From positions 8,423 through 72,422 of the forward strand of contig JAGZSF010000007.1 in assembly GCA_018381235.1 (NCBI GenBank): a DNA stretch of 64,000 bases. The letters run 5' to 3'. Below are positions 8,649 through 17,839 of this stretch, piece after piece (position 1 is the first letter of the stretch; every line of letters starts with the position of its first letter). A program made the translations under genes and the position numbers. Below the pieces are notes generated by a model that was not told where the DNA came from, made no database searches, and saw nothing but the letters and a program-made list of their open reading frames with translations. The stretch comes from Collinsella sp. Lineage in GTDB: Bacteria; Actinomycetota; Coriobacteriia; Coriobacteriales; Coriobacteriaceae.

Positions 8649-9671
8649 ATGACGGCAAGCGACGCGACCGCGACAATTAAAAAGGGAAGTTCGGAGCCCG
8701 GTTTCGATAAAACGGCTCAGCGCATCCTCAATCTTTTCTTTGTGCTCAACAGCTCCCCCGAACCGCTGACGACCGAGCAGATCGTCTTGGATTCTGACCT
8801 GGGATATGGCTCGGGCAACATCGACTCGGATAAGCGCAAGTTTCGGCGCGATCGTGACAAACTGCTCGAGCGTGGCATCTTAATCAAGGAAGTTCGCCCC
8901 GCCGGTGCGCAGGAGACCGAGGAAAGCTCGTGGACAATCGACCGCGAGCACACGTTTGCAGCAGGTGGCCTCATCACCGCAGACGACGCCGACATCCTAC
9001 TCAACGCCATCGACCAGACGCTAGCGGCCGGCTCTTCCACCTTTGCCGCGCCGCTTGCCGATATTCGCTCCAAAATTGCCTACCTCACCGGCATGTCGGC
9101 GGTGGACGAAGCACCGATCCGCCGCTCTCCCACCGTCGATGCGGTATGGAGCGCCTTTGCCGAGCGATGCGCGCTGCGATTTTTATATCAGAACGGACGC
9201 GGCGAGCAGAAAGAACGTACAGTCTGCGTCTACGGCATGTTCGAGCGCGAGGGCGTGGCGTACTTCTGCGGCCTCGACAATGCCACCGACGACATCAGGA
9301 CATTCCGCTGCGACCGTATCGTTCGCGCTTGGCGTCCTTCGAAGGCCTACGCCATCCCTGCAGACTTCAATCTCAACGACTATCTGTTCTTTGAATTCGA
9401 TTTTGCCGACCGACCGCCCGTTGCAGCCACGTTCTCGTTCGCCCCTCAGACGCAGATCGATATGATCAACGGCCTCACGCGCGGGCGAGGTGAGCTCGCA
9501 CACACCGATGCGGGATGGACCTGGACCGTTGACGTGCGTGACCTTGAAGCCGCCGCCTCATTTTGCATGGCCCACGCCATGGACGGCATGAGGCCCATGG
9601 CCCCCAAATCGCTCAAGCAGGCGTGGAACCACCTCATAGAAAGGACGGTGCACGAGCATGCCCGTGCGTAA
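8649..9671 (+). CDS. PafB-like WYL-domain transcriptional regulator (HTH + WYL)
   Basis: N-terminal HTH RILNLFFVLNSSPEPLTTEQIV. WYL region RFLYQNGRGEQKERTVCVYGMFEREGVAYFCGLDNATDDIRTFRCDRIV. Its stop overlaps the next gene's start by 14 nt. Confidence 0.7.
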   Translation: MTASDATATIKKGSSEPGFDKTAQRILNLFFVLNSSPEPLTTEQIVLDSDLGYGSGNIDSDKRKFRRDRDKLLERGILIKEVRPAGAQETEESSWTIDREHTFAAGGLITADDADILLNAIDQTLAAGSSTFAAPLADIRSKIAYLTGMSAVDEAPIRRSPTVDAVWSAFAERCALRFLYQNGRGEQKERTVCVYGMFEREGVAYFCGLDNATDDIRTFRCDRIVRAWRPSKAYAIPADFNLNDYLFFEFDFADRPPVAATFSFAPQTQIDMINGLTRGRGELAHTDAGWTWTVDVRDLEAAASFCMAHAMDGMRPMAPKSLKQAWNHLIERTVHEHARA

Positions 9672-10575
9672 ACTCACCAGCGAGCAGAGACTCTCGCGCG
9701 CCATCGACATCATGGAGGCCCTCTACGCCGCCGGCGATGGCGGCATGACACGAACCGAGATTTGCAGCCGCTTTGACATCACGGGGGCGTCGCTCGACGA
9801 GATTCTCGAGATCGTCTCGACGCTCGCGGACCGAGAATCGGGCGCGCGCATCATCTGCGAATGCCGCGGCGAGCGCGTGGCCCTCACTGGTGACGCCGGG
9901 CGCGTGCTACCGTTGCGCCTGAGTGCCGCCGAGGGCGCCGTGCTCAACCATGAACTTGAATCGTTGGGGATCGAGCCGCAGACGGCAGCTCGGATTCGAC
10001 ATGCCCTTCTGCCCGAAGAGCTCGGCTATAACCAGCGCGTCTTTGACACCGTCAACCACGGGTCGCACTGGCAGCAGCTGAGCTGCGCCATTCAGGACGG
10101 TGTTCGTTGCCGCATCTCGTATCGCTCGATGGACGATGCGCGGCCACGCGAGCGTCTGGTCGACCCCTTGCGCATTACGGCAAACGGCGACCAAACATAC
10201 CTGATTGCCTGGGACATCGCGGTCGAGGAGGAGCGCACCTATCGCATGGATAAAATCGAGGGACTCACCTTGACGGAAGACTCCGTCGTGCCTCACACAC
10301 CGGGCGTCGCATCCCTCCACGATTCCCTTGCCCGGACGCAGCGTAGCGCAAAGCTCTTGATGCCATTCGATATGGCGGAGCATCTGGACTGGGCCGGCAT
10401 CACCCTAATCGAGCGCAGCGGGGCAGACATGGCAACGGTAACCGTGCATTACGGCTCCGAGCGTTGGCTACTGAGCCAGGTAATCGCAGCGGGCGGAGCC
10501 ATCCGCATCTTGGATGACCCCGCCCTGTCAAAGCGTCTGTGCGATATGGCAAAAACCCTCGTCTGTCCGCTTTAG
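9658..10575 (+). CDS. PafC-like WYL-domain transcriptional regulator
   Basis: HTH MTRTEICSRFDITGASLDEILEIV. WYL region RCRISYRSMDDARPRERLVDPLRITANGDQTYLIAWDIAVEEERTYRMDKI. Confidence 0.7.
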   Translation: MPVRKLTSEQRLSRAIDIMEALYAAGDGGMTRTEICSRFDITGASLDEILEIVSTLADRESGARIICECRGERVALTGDAGRVLPLRLSAAEGAVLNHELESLGIEPQTAARIRHALLPEELGYNQRVFDTVNHGSHWQQLSCAIQDGVRCRISYRSMDDARPRERLVDPLRITANGDQTYLIAWDIAVEEERTYRMDKIEGLTLTEDSVVPHTPGVASLHDSLARTQRSAKLLMPFDMAEHLDWAGITLIERSGADMATVTVHYGSERWLLSQVIAAGGAIRILDDPALSKRLCDMAKTLVCPL

Positions 10576-13466
10576 CGCCGCCGCTCGTGACGTGCGCGCC
10601 ACAGTTGCAGATAGTGACCGATCTGCGCCGATTCGATGCGCTGGTAGGAGCTCGTGGGCAGCGACGTTAAGAACTTCTTTCCGTAGCCCTTCGTCACCAG
10701 GCGCGGGTCGGCCAGAATCAGCACGCCGCAATCGGTCGACGAGCGGATAAGGCGGCCGGCCGCCTGCTTAACCTCGAGCACCGCCTCGGGCAGCGAATAG
10801 CGCGCCCAAGCGCGGTCTTCGCGCAGGTTGCGCTCGCACGAGAGCGGGTCCGTGGGGCTCGAGAACGGCAGCTTGGGAATGATGACGCAACGCAGCGTCT
10901 CGCCGCTGGCGTCAAACCCCTCCCAGAAGGCCTTAAGCGCAAAAAGCGACGAGGTCGGCTCGTTGATAAACCGGTCGCGCAGGCGACGAGGAGATGAGTT
11001 GCGCTGCTGGCAGTTGAGCTCCAGACCCGCACGGGCCATCTTGGGCTCAACGCGGGCGTACAGGTCTTCCATGTCGCGCCGATTGGTAAACAGTGTGAGC
11101 ACCGATCCGCCCATGGCAAGATGGGCGTCGACCAGCACGCGCTCGAGCGCCGTAAGATAGCTCTCACGATCGCGCGGATCGGGTATATCGCCTGCAACGA
11201 CTACAGCCATGTTCGAATCAAAGTCGTAGCTCGAGTCCAAGTGCAGCGATGAGGATGTCGAAGCACCGATGCGATCGAGGCCGACCGCGTGGTTAAAGTG
11301 TTCAAAGCTTTTGGACACCGTCATGGTCGCCGAGGCAAAGATAGCCGTGTGAACCTCGGGCAGCCACTCGGTTGCCAAGGCCTCGCCAATGTCGATGCGC
11401 TCTGCGGTCATTGACTCTCCGCCGGCACGCAGCCTGCGATTGACCTGCAGCGAATACACGTAGTGTTCATCGGTGCCGTCGATGATGAGTTTGAGGTTCT
11501 CGGCCAGCTCGTGCAGGCGGCGCGAGATATCGCCCAAGTCGACAACAACCTCGGGCTTGTCGGCGGCGACAGCCTGCACCAGCGCGTCGACGCTCTTGTC
11601 AGCTTGTTCCAATGCATCGATGGCAGCGTAGGCCGACTGTAAGAAATCATGCCAGTCGTCAGATTCGCGCAACTCGGGGCCAATCCATAGATTGGCATTG
11701 TCATAACCCCCACGGGCACGGCGGCCGAGCTCGCGAACGCCATCGAACACGTCGGCGATTGCCATGCTCGCGCGCGCAACCGTCGACGTCGCCTTGGCAG
11801 TAAGGCCCAGATAGAGCGTAGAGCCCTCGGAGGTTGCCAAATCACGGGAAACCTGGCTTAGCGCACCGGTGCTCGAGCCACCCAGGCGCTCAAACAGAAC
11901 GCGTGATTCGTCCGCCGACACCACGCGCGCCCACTGACGGCGCGCCTCGCGCTCGATGGAATGGGCCTCGTCGATTACCCAATGACGAATCGGAGGTAAA
12001 ATCCTGCCCTCGGCCGCGACATTGCGGAACAGCAGGGAATGGTTGGTGACCACCACGTCGGCATGCGCTGCACGACGGCGAGCGCCGTGGACCAAACATT
12101 TATCAGGGAAAAACGGGCAGAGGCGACGAGCACACTCGCGCGAGGCCGTCGTAAAGTCGGGGCGGTTGACGCTGCGCCACCGAATGCCGAGCGAGTCGAG
12201 GTCGCCATCGGCTGATTGGCAGACGTACGCCATAATGACCGCGACCGCCGTGAGCGTGTCCGCCGGATCGCGCTTGGTGGTAATCTCGACCTGGCCGCGG
12301 CTCATGCGCTCAAGCTTGCGCAGGCACGGATAGTGGTCATAGCCCTTGAGAGCGCAAAATGACAGGCCACCGTCCAGTTGCTCGGCAAGTTTTGGCAGCT
12401 CATGGTACATGAGCTGGTCGGCAAGATTGTTCGATTTGGTCGCAATACCAACCGTGATGTTGTTACGGCGTGCTGCCTCGGCAAAAGGCACCAGATAGGC
12501 CATCGATTTGCCGACGCCCGTGCCCGCCTCAATTACACGATGAGTGCCCGTGACCAGCGCATCGCGGACCTCGAGCGCCATCGCGATCTGCTCATCACGC
12601 GGCTCGTAGGTGGGATACATGCGATTGACCAGGCCACCTGGCGCATAGTCTGCCTCAATCTCCTCACGACTCGGCATCTTGAGTACCGGCAGTTCGTCGG
12701 CGTCCACCCGATCGTCGGCGCGATCGGCCTTGAGAACGTCAGCACGAGCGGCGCTGAGAGAGAAGATAGAACCAGGGTTCTGCCCCGCCAAGAATGAGAA
12801 GATTGGACGATAGGACCAAGGCACGTCCGGATGCATGTCGGCTAGGCGCGCCATGAGGCCCTGGGGCAAGTCGGTGAGTGCCACGAGCAACACGCGCCAT
12901 ACGCCACACAGGGCGTCGACGTCGGCATTGGCACGGTGTGATACCGAGTCACAGCCAAACAGATCGGCCATAAAAGACAGCTTGTGCGAGGCCAGGCGCG
13001 GAAGCGCGATGCGCGACAGCGCCAGCGAATCGATCCAAATATCGCTCACGTTGACGCCGCCTTTGACCGACTCGATAAACGAGCGGTCGAACGTGGCGTT
13101 ATGTGCGATTACCGGGCAACCACCGACAAAATCGGCGAGAGCGGCGACGGCCTCAACGGCCGACGGGGCATCTGCCACATCGGCATTTGTAATGCTCGTG
13201 AGCTCGGTAATCTCGGCGGGAATCAGCTGTTTGGGATGCACGAAGGTATCGAAGCGGTCGACGACCTCGCGGCCCGAAAGACGGGCCGCCGAGATCTCGA
13301 TCAGCTCATTGTCCTGCACCGAAAGACCTGTGGTCTCGGTATCGAGGACGATCACATCTTCCTCGATAAGGCCGAAGGACTGCGTTTTGGCGCGTTCGGC
13401 AAGCGTGGCATAGGAGTCGATGACAAACTGCGGCGTTCCTGACGAAACCGCGTCCTCGATTAGCAT
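10572..13466 (-). CDS. dinG: DinG-family ATP-dependent helicase with an N-terminal DnaQ-like 3'-5' exonuclease domain
   Basis: DEDD exonuclease motifs VLDTETTGL and IAHNATFDRSFI. Helicase Walker A GTGVGKSMAYLVP and DEAH box VIDEAHSIE. 964 aa, like the exo-DinG proteins of Gram-positives. Its stop codon overlaps the pafC-like stop on the opposite strand. Confidence 0.85.
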   Translation of the reverse strand: MLIEDAVSSGTPQFVIDSYATLAERAKTQSFGLIEEDVIVLDTETTGLSVQDNELIEISAARLSGREVVDRFDTFVHPKQLIPAEITELTSITNADVADAPSAVEAVAALADFVGGCPVIAHNATFDRSFIESVKGGVNVSDIWIDSLALSRIALPRLASHKLSFMADLFGCDSVSHRANADVDALCGVWRVLLVALTDLPQGLMARLADMHPDVPWSYRPIFSFLAGQNPGSIFSLSAARADVLKADRADDRVDADELPVLKMPSREEIEADYAPGGLVNRMYPTYEPRDEQIAMALEVRDALVTGTHRVIEAGTGVGKSMAYLVPFAEAARRNNITVGIATKSNNLADQLMYHELPKLAEQLDGGLSFCALKGYDHYPCLRKLERMSRGQVEITTKRDPADTLTAVAVIMAYVCQSADGDLDSLGIRWRSVNRPDFTTASRECARRLCPFFPDKCLVHGARRRAAHADVVVTNHSLLFRNVAAEGRILPPIRHWVIDEAHSIEREARRQWARVVSADESRVLFERLGGSSTGALSQVSRDLATSEGSTLYLGLTAKATSTVARASMAIADVFDGVRELGRRARGGYDNANLWIGPELRESDDWHDFLQSAYAAIDALEQADKSVDALVQAVAADKPEVVVDLGDISRRLHELAENLKLIIDGTDEHYVYSLQVNRRLRAGGESMTAERIDIGEALATEWLPEVHTAIFASATMTVSKSFEHFNHAVGLDRIGASTSSSLHLDSSYDFDSNMAVVVAGDIPDPRDRESYLTALERVLVDAHLAMGGSVLTLFTNRRDMEDLYARVEPKMARAGLELNCQQRNSSPRRLRDRFINEPTSSLFALKAFWEGFDASGETLRCVIIPKLPFSSPTDPLSCERNLREDRAWARYSLPEAVLEVKQAAGRLIRSSTDCGVLILADPRLVTKGYGKKFLTSLPTSSYQRIESAQIGHYLQLWRARHERRR

Positions 13467-14425
13467 GCAATGCCCGCTCGACGAAGGCCCATACGGATCA
13501 GGCTGTCACAGACCTGCGGGAACGTCATGTCGTCGGTGTGGCGGATCTCGTCCGGATACAGCGACGTATCGGTCATGCCGGGAATGGTATTGGTCTCGAG
13601 GATAACGGGGCCGTCCTCACTCACAATAAAGTCGCTGCGCGAGATACCCAGGCAACCGAGGGCCTTGTGAGCAGCACAGGCAAGCTCCTGGGCACGAGCG
13701 TAATTCTCGGGTGAAATCTGCGCCGGAATGCGATGGATGTCCGTAGGATCGACATACTTCACGTCCAGATCGTAGAACTCGCAGTCCTTGGGCTTACGAA
13801 TCTCGACAATCGGCAGAGCGCGCACGTCATCTTCGCCGTATACGCCGACGGTGATCTCGGTACCCTCGATGCACTTCTCGACCAGCACTTTGTCGCCGTA
13901 CTCAAACGCTTTGGCGATTGCCGCGGGCAGCTCGGATGGCTCATGGACCAGGGAAATGCCATAGCTGGAACCGTTGACGGCCGGCTTCACAAAGCAGCGC
14001 TCGCCACAAACCTCGACGATATGATCGATATCGACTTCATCGCCCACCTCGAGCGCAAGGCCGGGGGCAATGGGAATGCCCGCCTTGGCGTACAGGAGCT
14101 TAGAGACCTCCTTGTCGGCACCGCAGGCGCTGGCAAGCACGCCCGAAGCCGTGTAGGGGATACCCAGGGTCTCCATGGCGCCTTGCATGGCGCCATCCTC
14201 GCCGCCGGCACCGTGCATGGCGATAAACGCCACGTCAAAGCCGCCGGTCGCCATGGTTACCATAAAATCATCGGCAGCCGTGTCGAGCAGCTCCACCGAA
14301 GTGTAGCCGGCCTCCTTCAAGGCAACCACGACGTTCTTTCCCGAATTGAGCGAGATCTCGCGCTCAGCGGAATGACCGCCCGCCAAGACCGCTACGTGCA
14401 TGTTCTCTAGGCTTTTACCCGGCAT
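13460..14425 (-). CDS. ddl: D-alanine--D-alanine ligase
   Basis: VAVLAGGHSAEREISLNSG, ATP-grasp motifs, and C-terminal EINTIPGMT-like ETNTIPGMTDTSLYP. The ATG at 14425 follows AGGAGGAG; an alternative ATG at 14401 would give MHVAVLAGG. Confidence 0.85.
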   Translation of the reverse strand: MPGKSLENMHVAVLAGGHSAEREISLNSGKNVVVALKEAGYTSVELLDTAADDFMVTMATGGFDVAFIAMHGAGGEDGAMQGAMETLGIPYTASGVLASACGADKEVSKLLYAKAGIPIAPGLALEVGDEVDIDHIVEVCGERCFVKPAVNGSSYGISLVHEPSELPAAIAKAFEYGDKVLVEKCIEGTEITVGVYGEDDVRALPIVEIRKPKDCEFYDLDVKYVDPTDIHRIPAQISPENYARAQELACAAHKALGCLGISRSDFIVSEDGPVILETNTIPGMTDTSLYPDEIRHTDDMTFPQVCDSLIRMGLRRAGIAC

Positions 14426-14510
14426 GGGCAGACTCCTCCTCTATAATTTCTGCAGCTGATACCATATTGTAGCGATACCCTCTACGTTTCCCCAAAATCG
14501 AAAGGCTTCC

Positions 14511-15563
14511 ATGAATCCCAGGACTAAATCTCAGGACATTCGCGACTTGAGCCAAAACGATATTCGCGAGCTCTTGGCCGAGCTTGGCCAGCCCGCCTTC
14601 CGCGCGAAGCAGCTCATCGAATGGGTCTTTGAGAAGAACGTTTGTTCGTTTGACGATATGACCAACCTTCCCAAGGCTTTCCGCGAGCAGCTTAAAGAGG
14701 CTTTTGCCTTTGACACGCCGACTGAACTCACCAAGCAGGTTTCCAAAGATGGCTCTCGCAAGTATCTGCTCGAGTACCACGACGGCGTTTCCGTCGAGAC
14801 CGTCGGCATGCCCCGTCGTAACAAGCTTTCCGTCTGCGTTTCCACCCAGGCAGGCTGTGGCATGGGCTGTGCCTTTTGCGCTACCGGTCTCAACGGCCTC
14901 AAGCGCTCTCTGACCGCTCAAGAGATCGTCGACCAGGTGCTTCATGTATCCAACGACTTTGGCGAGCGCGCCACGAGCGTTGTCTTCATGGGCCAGGGCG
15001 AGCCGTTTGCCAACTACGACGAGGTTCTCAAGGCGCTGCGAATCCTCAACGACCCCGATGGCATCGGTATCGGCGCTCGTCACCTCACCGTCTCTACCAG
15101 CGGCGTTATTCCCGGTATTCGCAAATTTGCCGATATCCCCGAGCAGTTCACGCTTGCCGTTTCCCTGCATTCCGCCATCCAGTCGACGCGCAATAAGCTC
15201 ATGCCCGGTGTTAAGAAGTACACGCTGCTTCGCCTTCACGAAGCACTTCAGCTCTACACCGAGAAGACCGGCCGCCGCCCGACCTATGAGTATGCCATGA
15301 TCGAAGGCGTCAACGATACGAATCCCGAAATGCAGGCGCTCTGCGACTTCTGCGAGGGAACGCTGTGCCACGTTAACCTCATTCAGCTTAACGACATCGA
15401 GGGTAGCCCGCTCAAGCCGTCGCCGATGCATAAGGTTGAGGATCTTCAGCGTCGTCTTGAGTCCCGTGGCATCGAGACCACAATTCGCAACTCCCGTGGT
15501 AACGATATTGACGCCGCTTGTGGACAGCTGAAGCAGCGCTTCAAAGTTCAGAAGAACGCATAG
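14511..15563 (+). CDS. rlmN: 23S rRNA (adenine2503-C2)-methyltransferase, radical SAM
   Basis: CGMGCAFCATG radical-SAM cysteine triad. The overall RlmN pattern is present (FRAKQLIEWVF..., MGQGEP). The antisense ORF 14415..15641 is rejected. Confidence 0.9.
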   Translation: MNPRTKSQDIRDLSQNDIRELLAELGQPAFRAKQLIEWVFEKNVCSFDDMTNLPKAFREQLKEAFAFDTPTELTKQVSKDGSRKYLLEYHDGVSVETVGMPRRNKLSVCVSTQAGCGMGCAFCATGLNGLKRSLTAQEIVDQVLHVSNDFGERATSVVFMGQGEPFANYDEVLKALRILNDPDGIGIGARHLTVSTSGVIPGIRKFADIPEQFTLAVSLHSAIQSTRNKLMPGVKKYTLLRLHEALQLYTEKTGRRPTYEYAMIEGVNDTNPEMQALCDFCEGTLCHVNLIQLNDIEGSPLKPSPMHKVEDLQRRLESRGIETTIRNSRGNDIDAACGQLKQRFKVQKNA

Positions 15564-15581
15564 GGGAGTCGCACCCCAAAA

Positions 15582-15597
15582 CGTTTCATGTGAAACA
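15582..15597. promoter_or_regulatory. degenerate parS-like palindrome (cGTTTCATGTGAAACa)
   Basis: Two mismatches to TGTTTCACGTGAAACA; lies about 20 nt after the rlmN stop. Confidence 0.3.
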
Positions 15598-15601
15598 TCG
15601 A

Positions 15602-15645
15602 ACGTCCCCGGTTGTAGAGTATGCAACCGGGGACGTTTCATTTAT
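15602..15645 (+). terminator. rho-independent terminator after rlmN
   Basis: ACGTCCCCGGTTG-tagagtatg-CAACCGGGGACGT followed by a TTCATTTATT T-rich tract. Confidence 0.5.
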
Positions 15646-15762
15646 TGACTTCGATTTTAAATCAGCTGCTACCTGTCCCATTTTTTACGGCCTAAATAAG
15701 GGGTCCTTGTCTCATGAATCAGACAAGGACCCCTTAGAATATGCTGAGTAATTGTTAGGTAC

Positions 15763-16017
15763 CTAATAGCCTACATTTTCCCATTGGTTGCTGACCCAAC
15801 CTTGATTAATCTTGGGATTCTTCGTTACCTGAGCAGTACGCATGGCAACATCTTCTGTCATAACATCCATTTTCTTTTTGGAAGTATCGACGATATCTTG
15901 CGCGCCACGAAGCAAACGACCTCGAAGTTCATCGTCTGTCGCGATCTTATAGCCAGCAAAGGCACCAGCCGCGACAGTCGTCGCCAATGCAATCGCTGTT
16001 AAAATCTTATTCCTCAT
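15763..16017 (-). CDS. small membrane-anchored protein (YtxH-like character), hypothetical
   Basis: AAGGAGG 5 nt before the ATG at 16017. Reads MRNKILTAIALATTVAAGAFAGY... followed by a charged helical region. Overlaps the parB stop by about 11 nt. Confidence 0.45.
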   Translation of the reverse strand: MRNKILTAIALATTVAAGAFAGYKIATDDELRGRLLRGAQDIVDTSKKKMDVMTEDVAMRTAQVTKNPKINQGWVSNQWENVGY

Positions 16018-16912
16018 CTTGGCCTCCTTGATCAAACTGAATCATTTCGCCAAGAATACGAGAGAGCTCTTCCTCGTCTTTAAACTCAATCTCAATCTTA
16101 TTCTTTCCACGCGAGCTCTTCACACGCACGTTGGTATTAAATACCTGGCGAAGCACACGGGCGGCCTTTTTAAAAGACTGAGGCGTCGCAGGCCTCGGCG
16201 TCTTAGGTGTCTCTCCGGCAGAAAACAACGGAGCAAGATTTTCTGTCGCTCTTACGGAAAGGCCCTCTGCAACAACCTTCTCTGCAAGTCGAATTCGAGC
16301 GTCCTCATAGGGAACTGCAAGAATCGCACGTGCATGACCAGCAGTAAGTTTGCACTCAAAAATCATCTGCTGAACAACTTCAGGGAGATCGAGAAGGCGC
16401 AGCGAGTTTGTAATTGCAGAGCGTGACTTGCTGACTGCCTTCGACAATGCCTCCTGGGTCATACCGCTGGCATCGATAAGCTGGCGATAGCCCTTAGCCT
16501 CTTCGACGGGATTCAGATCAGAACGCTGAAGGTTTTCGATCAGAGCAAGAGCCAGCATCTCTTCATCATTAACATCTTTAATGATGACAGGCAGCTCCTC
16601 AAGACCAGCAAGCTTTGACGCTTGGTAACGACGCTCACCAGCGATGATCTCATAGCCGTTTCCATGCTTGCGAACCAAAAGCGGCTGCAAGACGCCATGT
16701 TCTTGGATTGATTCGCTCAACTCACGAAGTTCAGTTTCGTTAAAGTGAATTCGCGGCTGATTAGGGTTGGGAACGATATCCTCAATAGGTAGTTTTGTTT
16801 CAGATGCGGCATTCGAAGCCGATGCAGCCGAACCACCGGTCTCATACTCGGCCTCTGAGACCAAAGCATTGAGTCCACGTCCCAATCCGCCACGTTTCTT
16901 TACACTAGGCAC
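16007..16912 (-). CDS. parB: chromosome partitioning protein ParB/Spo0J
   Basis: GTG start after AGAGGTG. ParB box GERRYQASKLAGLEELPVII; HTH region; C-terminal dimerisation region. Confidence 0.9.
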   Translation of the reverse strand: MPSVKKRGGLGRGLNALVSEAEYETGGSAASASNAASETKLPIEDIVPNPNQPRIHFNETELRELSESIQEHGVLQPLLVRKHGNGYEIIAGERRYQASKLAGLEELPVIIKDVNDEEMLALALIENLQRSDLNPVEEAKGYRQLIDASGMTQEALSKAVSKSRSAITNSLRLLDLPEVVQQMIFECKLTAGHARAILAVPYEDARIRLAEKVVAEGLSVRATENLAPLFSAGETPKTPRPATPQSFKKAARVLRQVFNTNVRVKSSRGKNKIEIEFKDEEELSRILGEMIQFDQGGQDEE

Positions 16913-17705
16913 GCTTGATCACCTCTTTTGCAAGGTTCATATATGCTTTTGCACCCTTATTTTGAGGTGCATAGGTAATTACCGGTTCCCCAAAAGACGG
17001 AGCTTCGGAGATTTTAACCGTACGGGGGATCAACGTCTTAAATGCCTTATCACCAAAGTACGATTGAACCTCCTCAACAACCTGATTCGATAGAGAAGTA
17101 CGCGAGTCATACATGGTCATAAGCACACCGTAGGTGTCTAAGCCCTTGTTCAGACGAGATTTGACCATCTTCATTGACTCAAGCAGCTTCGTAACGCCCT
17201 CGAGTGCGTAATACTCGCACTGGATCGGAATCAAAACGCTGTCTGCTGCGGTCAAAGCGTTGATAGTAAGCAGGCCGAGCGAAGGAGGGCAGTCAATGAA
17301 AATAAAATCGAACTCGTCCTGAATCGGCTCAAGCAAATCTTTGAGACGGGTTTCACGAGCAATTGCGCTTACGAGTTCAATTTCCGCGCCTGCAAGCTGA
17401 ATTGTAGCCGGAATTACGAATACCTTTTTGCAATTTGTATCAAGAACAAGCGATTCTGCCGGCACATCATTCAGCAATGCATCATAGATGCAGTGATCAA
17501 GGTCTTCTTTTTCAATTCCGAATCCACTGGTGCTGTTTCCCTGCGGATCAAAATCAACAATCAGTGTCTTACGACCCTGCTCACCCAGTGCTGCTGCAAG
17601 GTTTACAGCCGTCGTTGACTTACCGACGCCGCCTTTTTGATTGATGATTGCAATGATACGCGTGTCTTTTGCGCTCTTAGAACGCTTAACGTCGCGAAAT
17701 CCCAC
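16905..17705 (-). CDS. parA: chromosome partitioning ATPase ParA/Soj
   Basis: GTG start after AGGAGG. Deviant Walker A IIAIINQKGGVGKSTTAVNLAAAL. Overlaps parB by 8 nt. Confidence 0.9.
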   Translation of the reverse strand: MGFRDVKRSKSAKDTRIIAIINQKGGVGKSTTAVNLAAALGEQGRKTLIVDFDPQGNSTSGFGIEKEDLDHCIYDALLNDVPAESLVLDTNCKKVFVIPATIQLAGAEIELVSAIARETRLKDLLEPIQDEFDFIFIDCPPSLGLLTINALTAADSVLIPIQCEYYALEGVTKLLESMKMVKSRLNKGLDTYGVLMTMYDSRTSLSNQVVEEVQSYFGDKAFKTLIPRTVKISEAPSFGEPVITYAPQNKGAKAYMNLAKEVIKRA

Positions 17706-17744
17706 GGTCCCTCCTGGTGTGTATTAAAGCTGTCAAACGGAGGA

Positions 17745-17760
17745 TGTTTCACGTGAAACA
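17745..17760. promoter_or_regulatory. parS site, perfect TGTTTCACGTGAAACA
   Basis: Exact 16-bp palindrome matching the parS consensus, in the parA-rsmG intergenic region. Confidence 0.8.
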
Positions 17761-17783
17761 TTCCGAATCGATAGCAACTGCTA

Positions 17784-17799
17784 TGTTTCACGTGAAACA
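17784..17799. promoter_or_regulatory. parS site, perfect TGTTTCACGTGAAACA
   Basis: Second exact copy, 39 bp from the first. Confidence 0.8.
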
Positions 17800-17822
17800 C
17801 TGCAAGCTGTTAGTAACCATTA

Positions 17823-17838
17823 TGTTTCACGTGAAACA
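17823..17838. promoter_or_regulatory. parS site, perfect TGTTTCACGTGAAACA
   Basis: Third exact copy, ending 2 nt from the rsmG stop. Confidence 0.8.
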
Positions 17839-17839
17839 T

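Noticed and set aside
14426-14510. TATAAT hexamer at 14442 as the rlmN promoter
   Set aside because: No acceptable -35 element lies 16-19 bp upstream (the nearest TTTACC is 22 bp away), so it is left uncalled.
14415-15641. 408-aa minus-strand ORF
   Set aside because: Antisense to rlmN, which carries the CxxxCxxC radical-SAM motif in the + frame.
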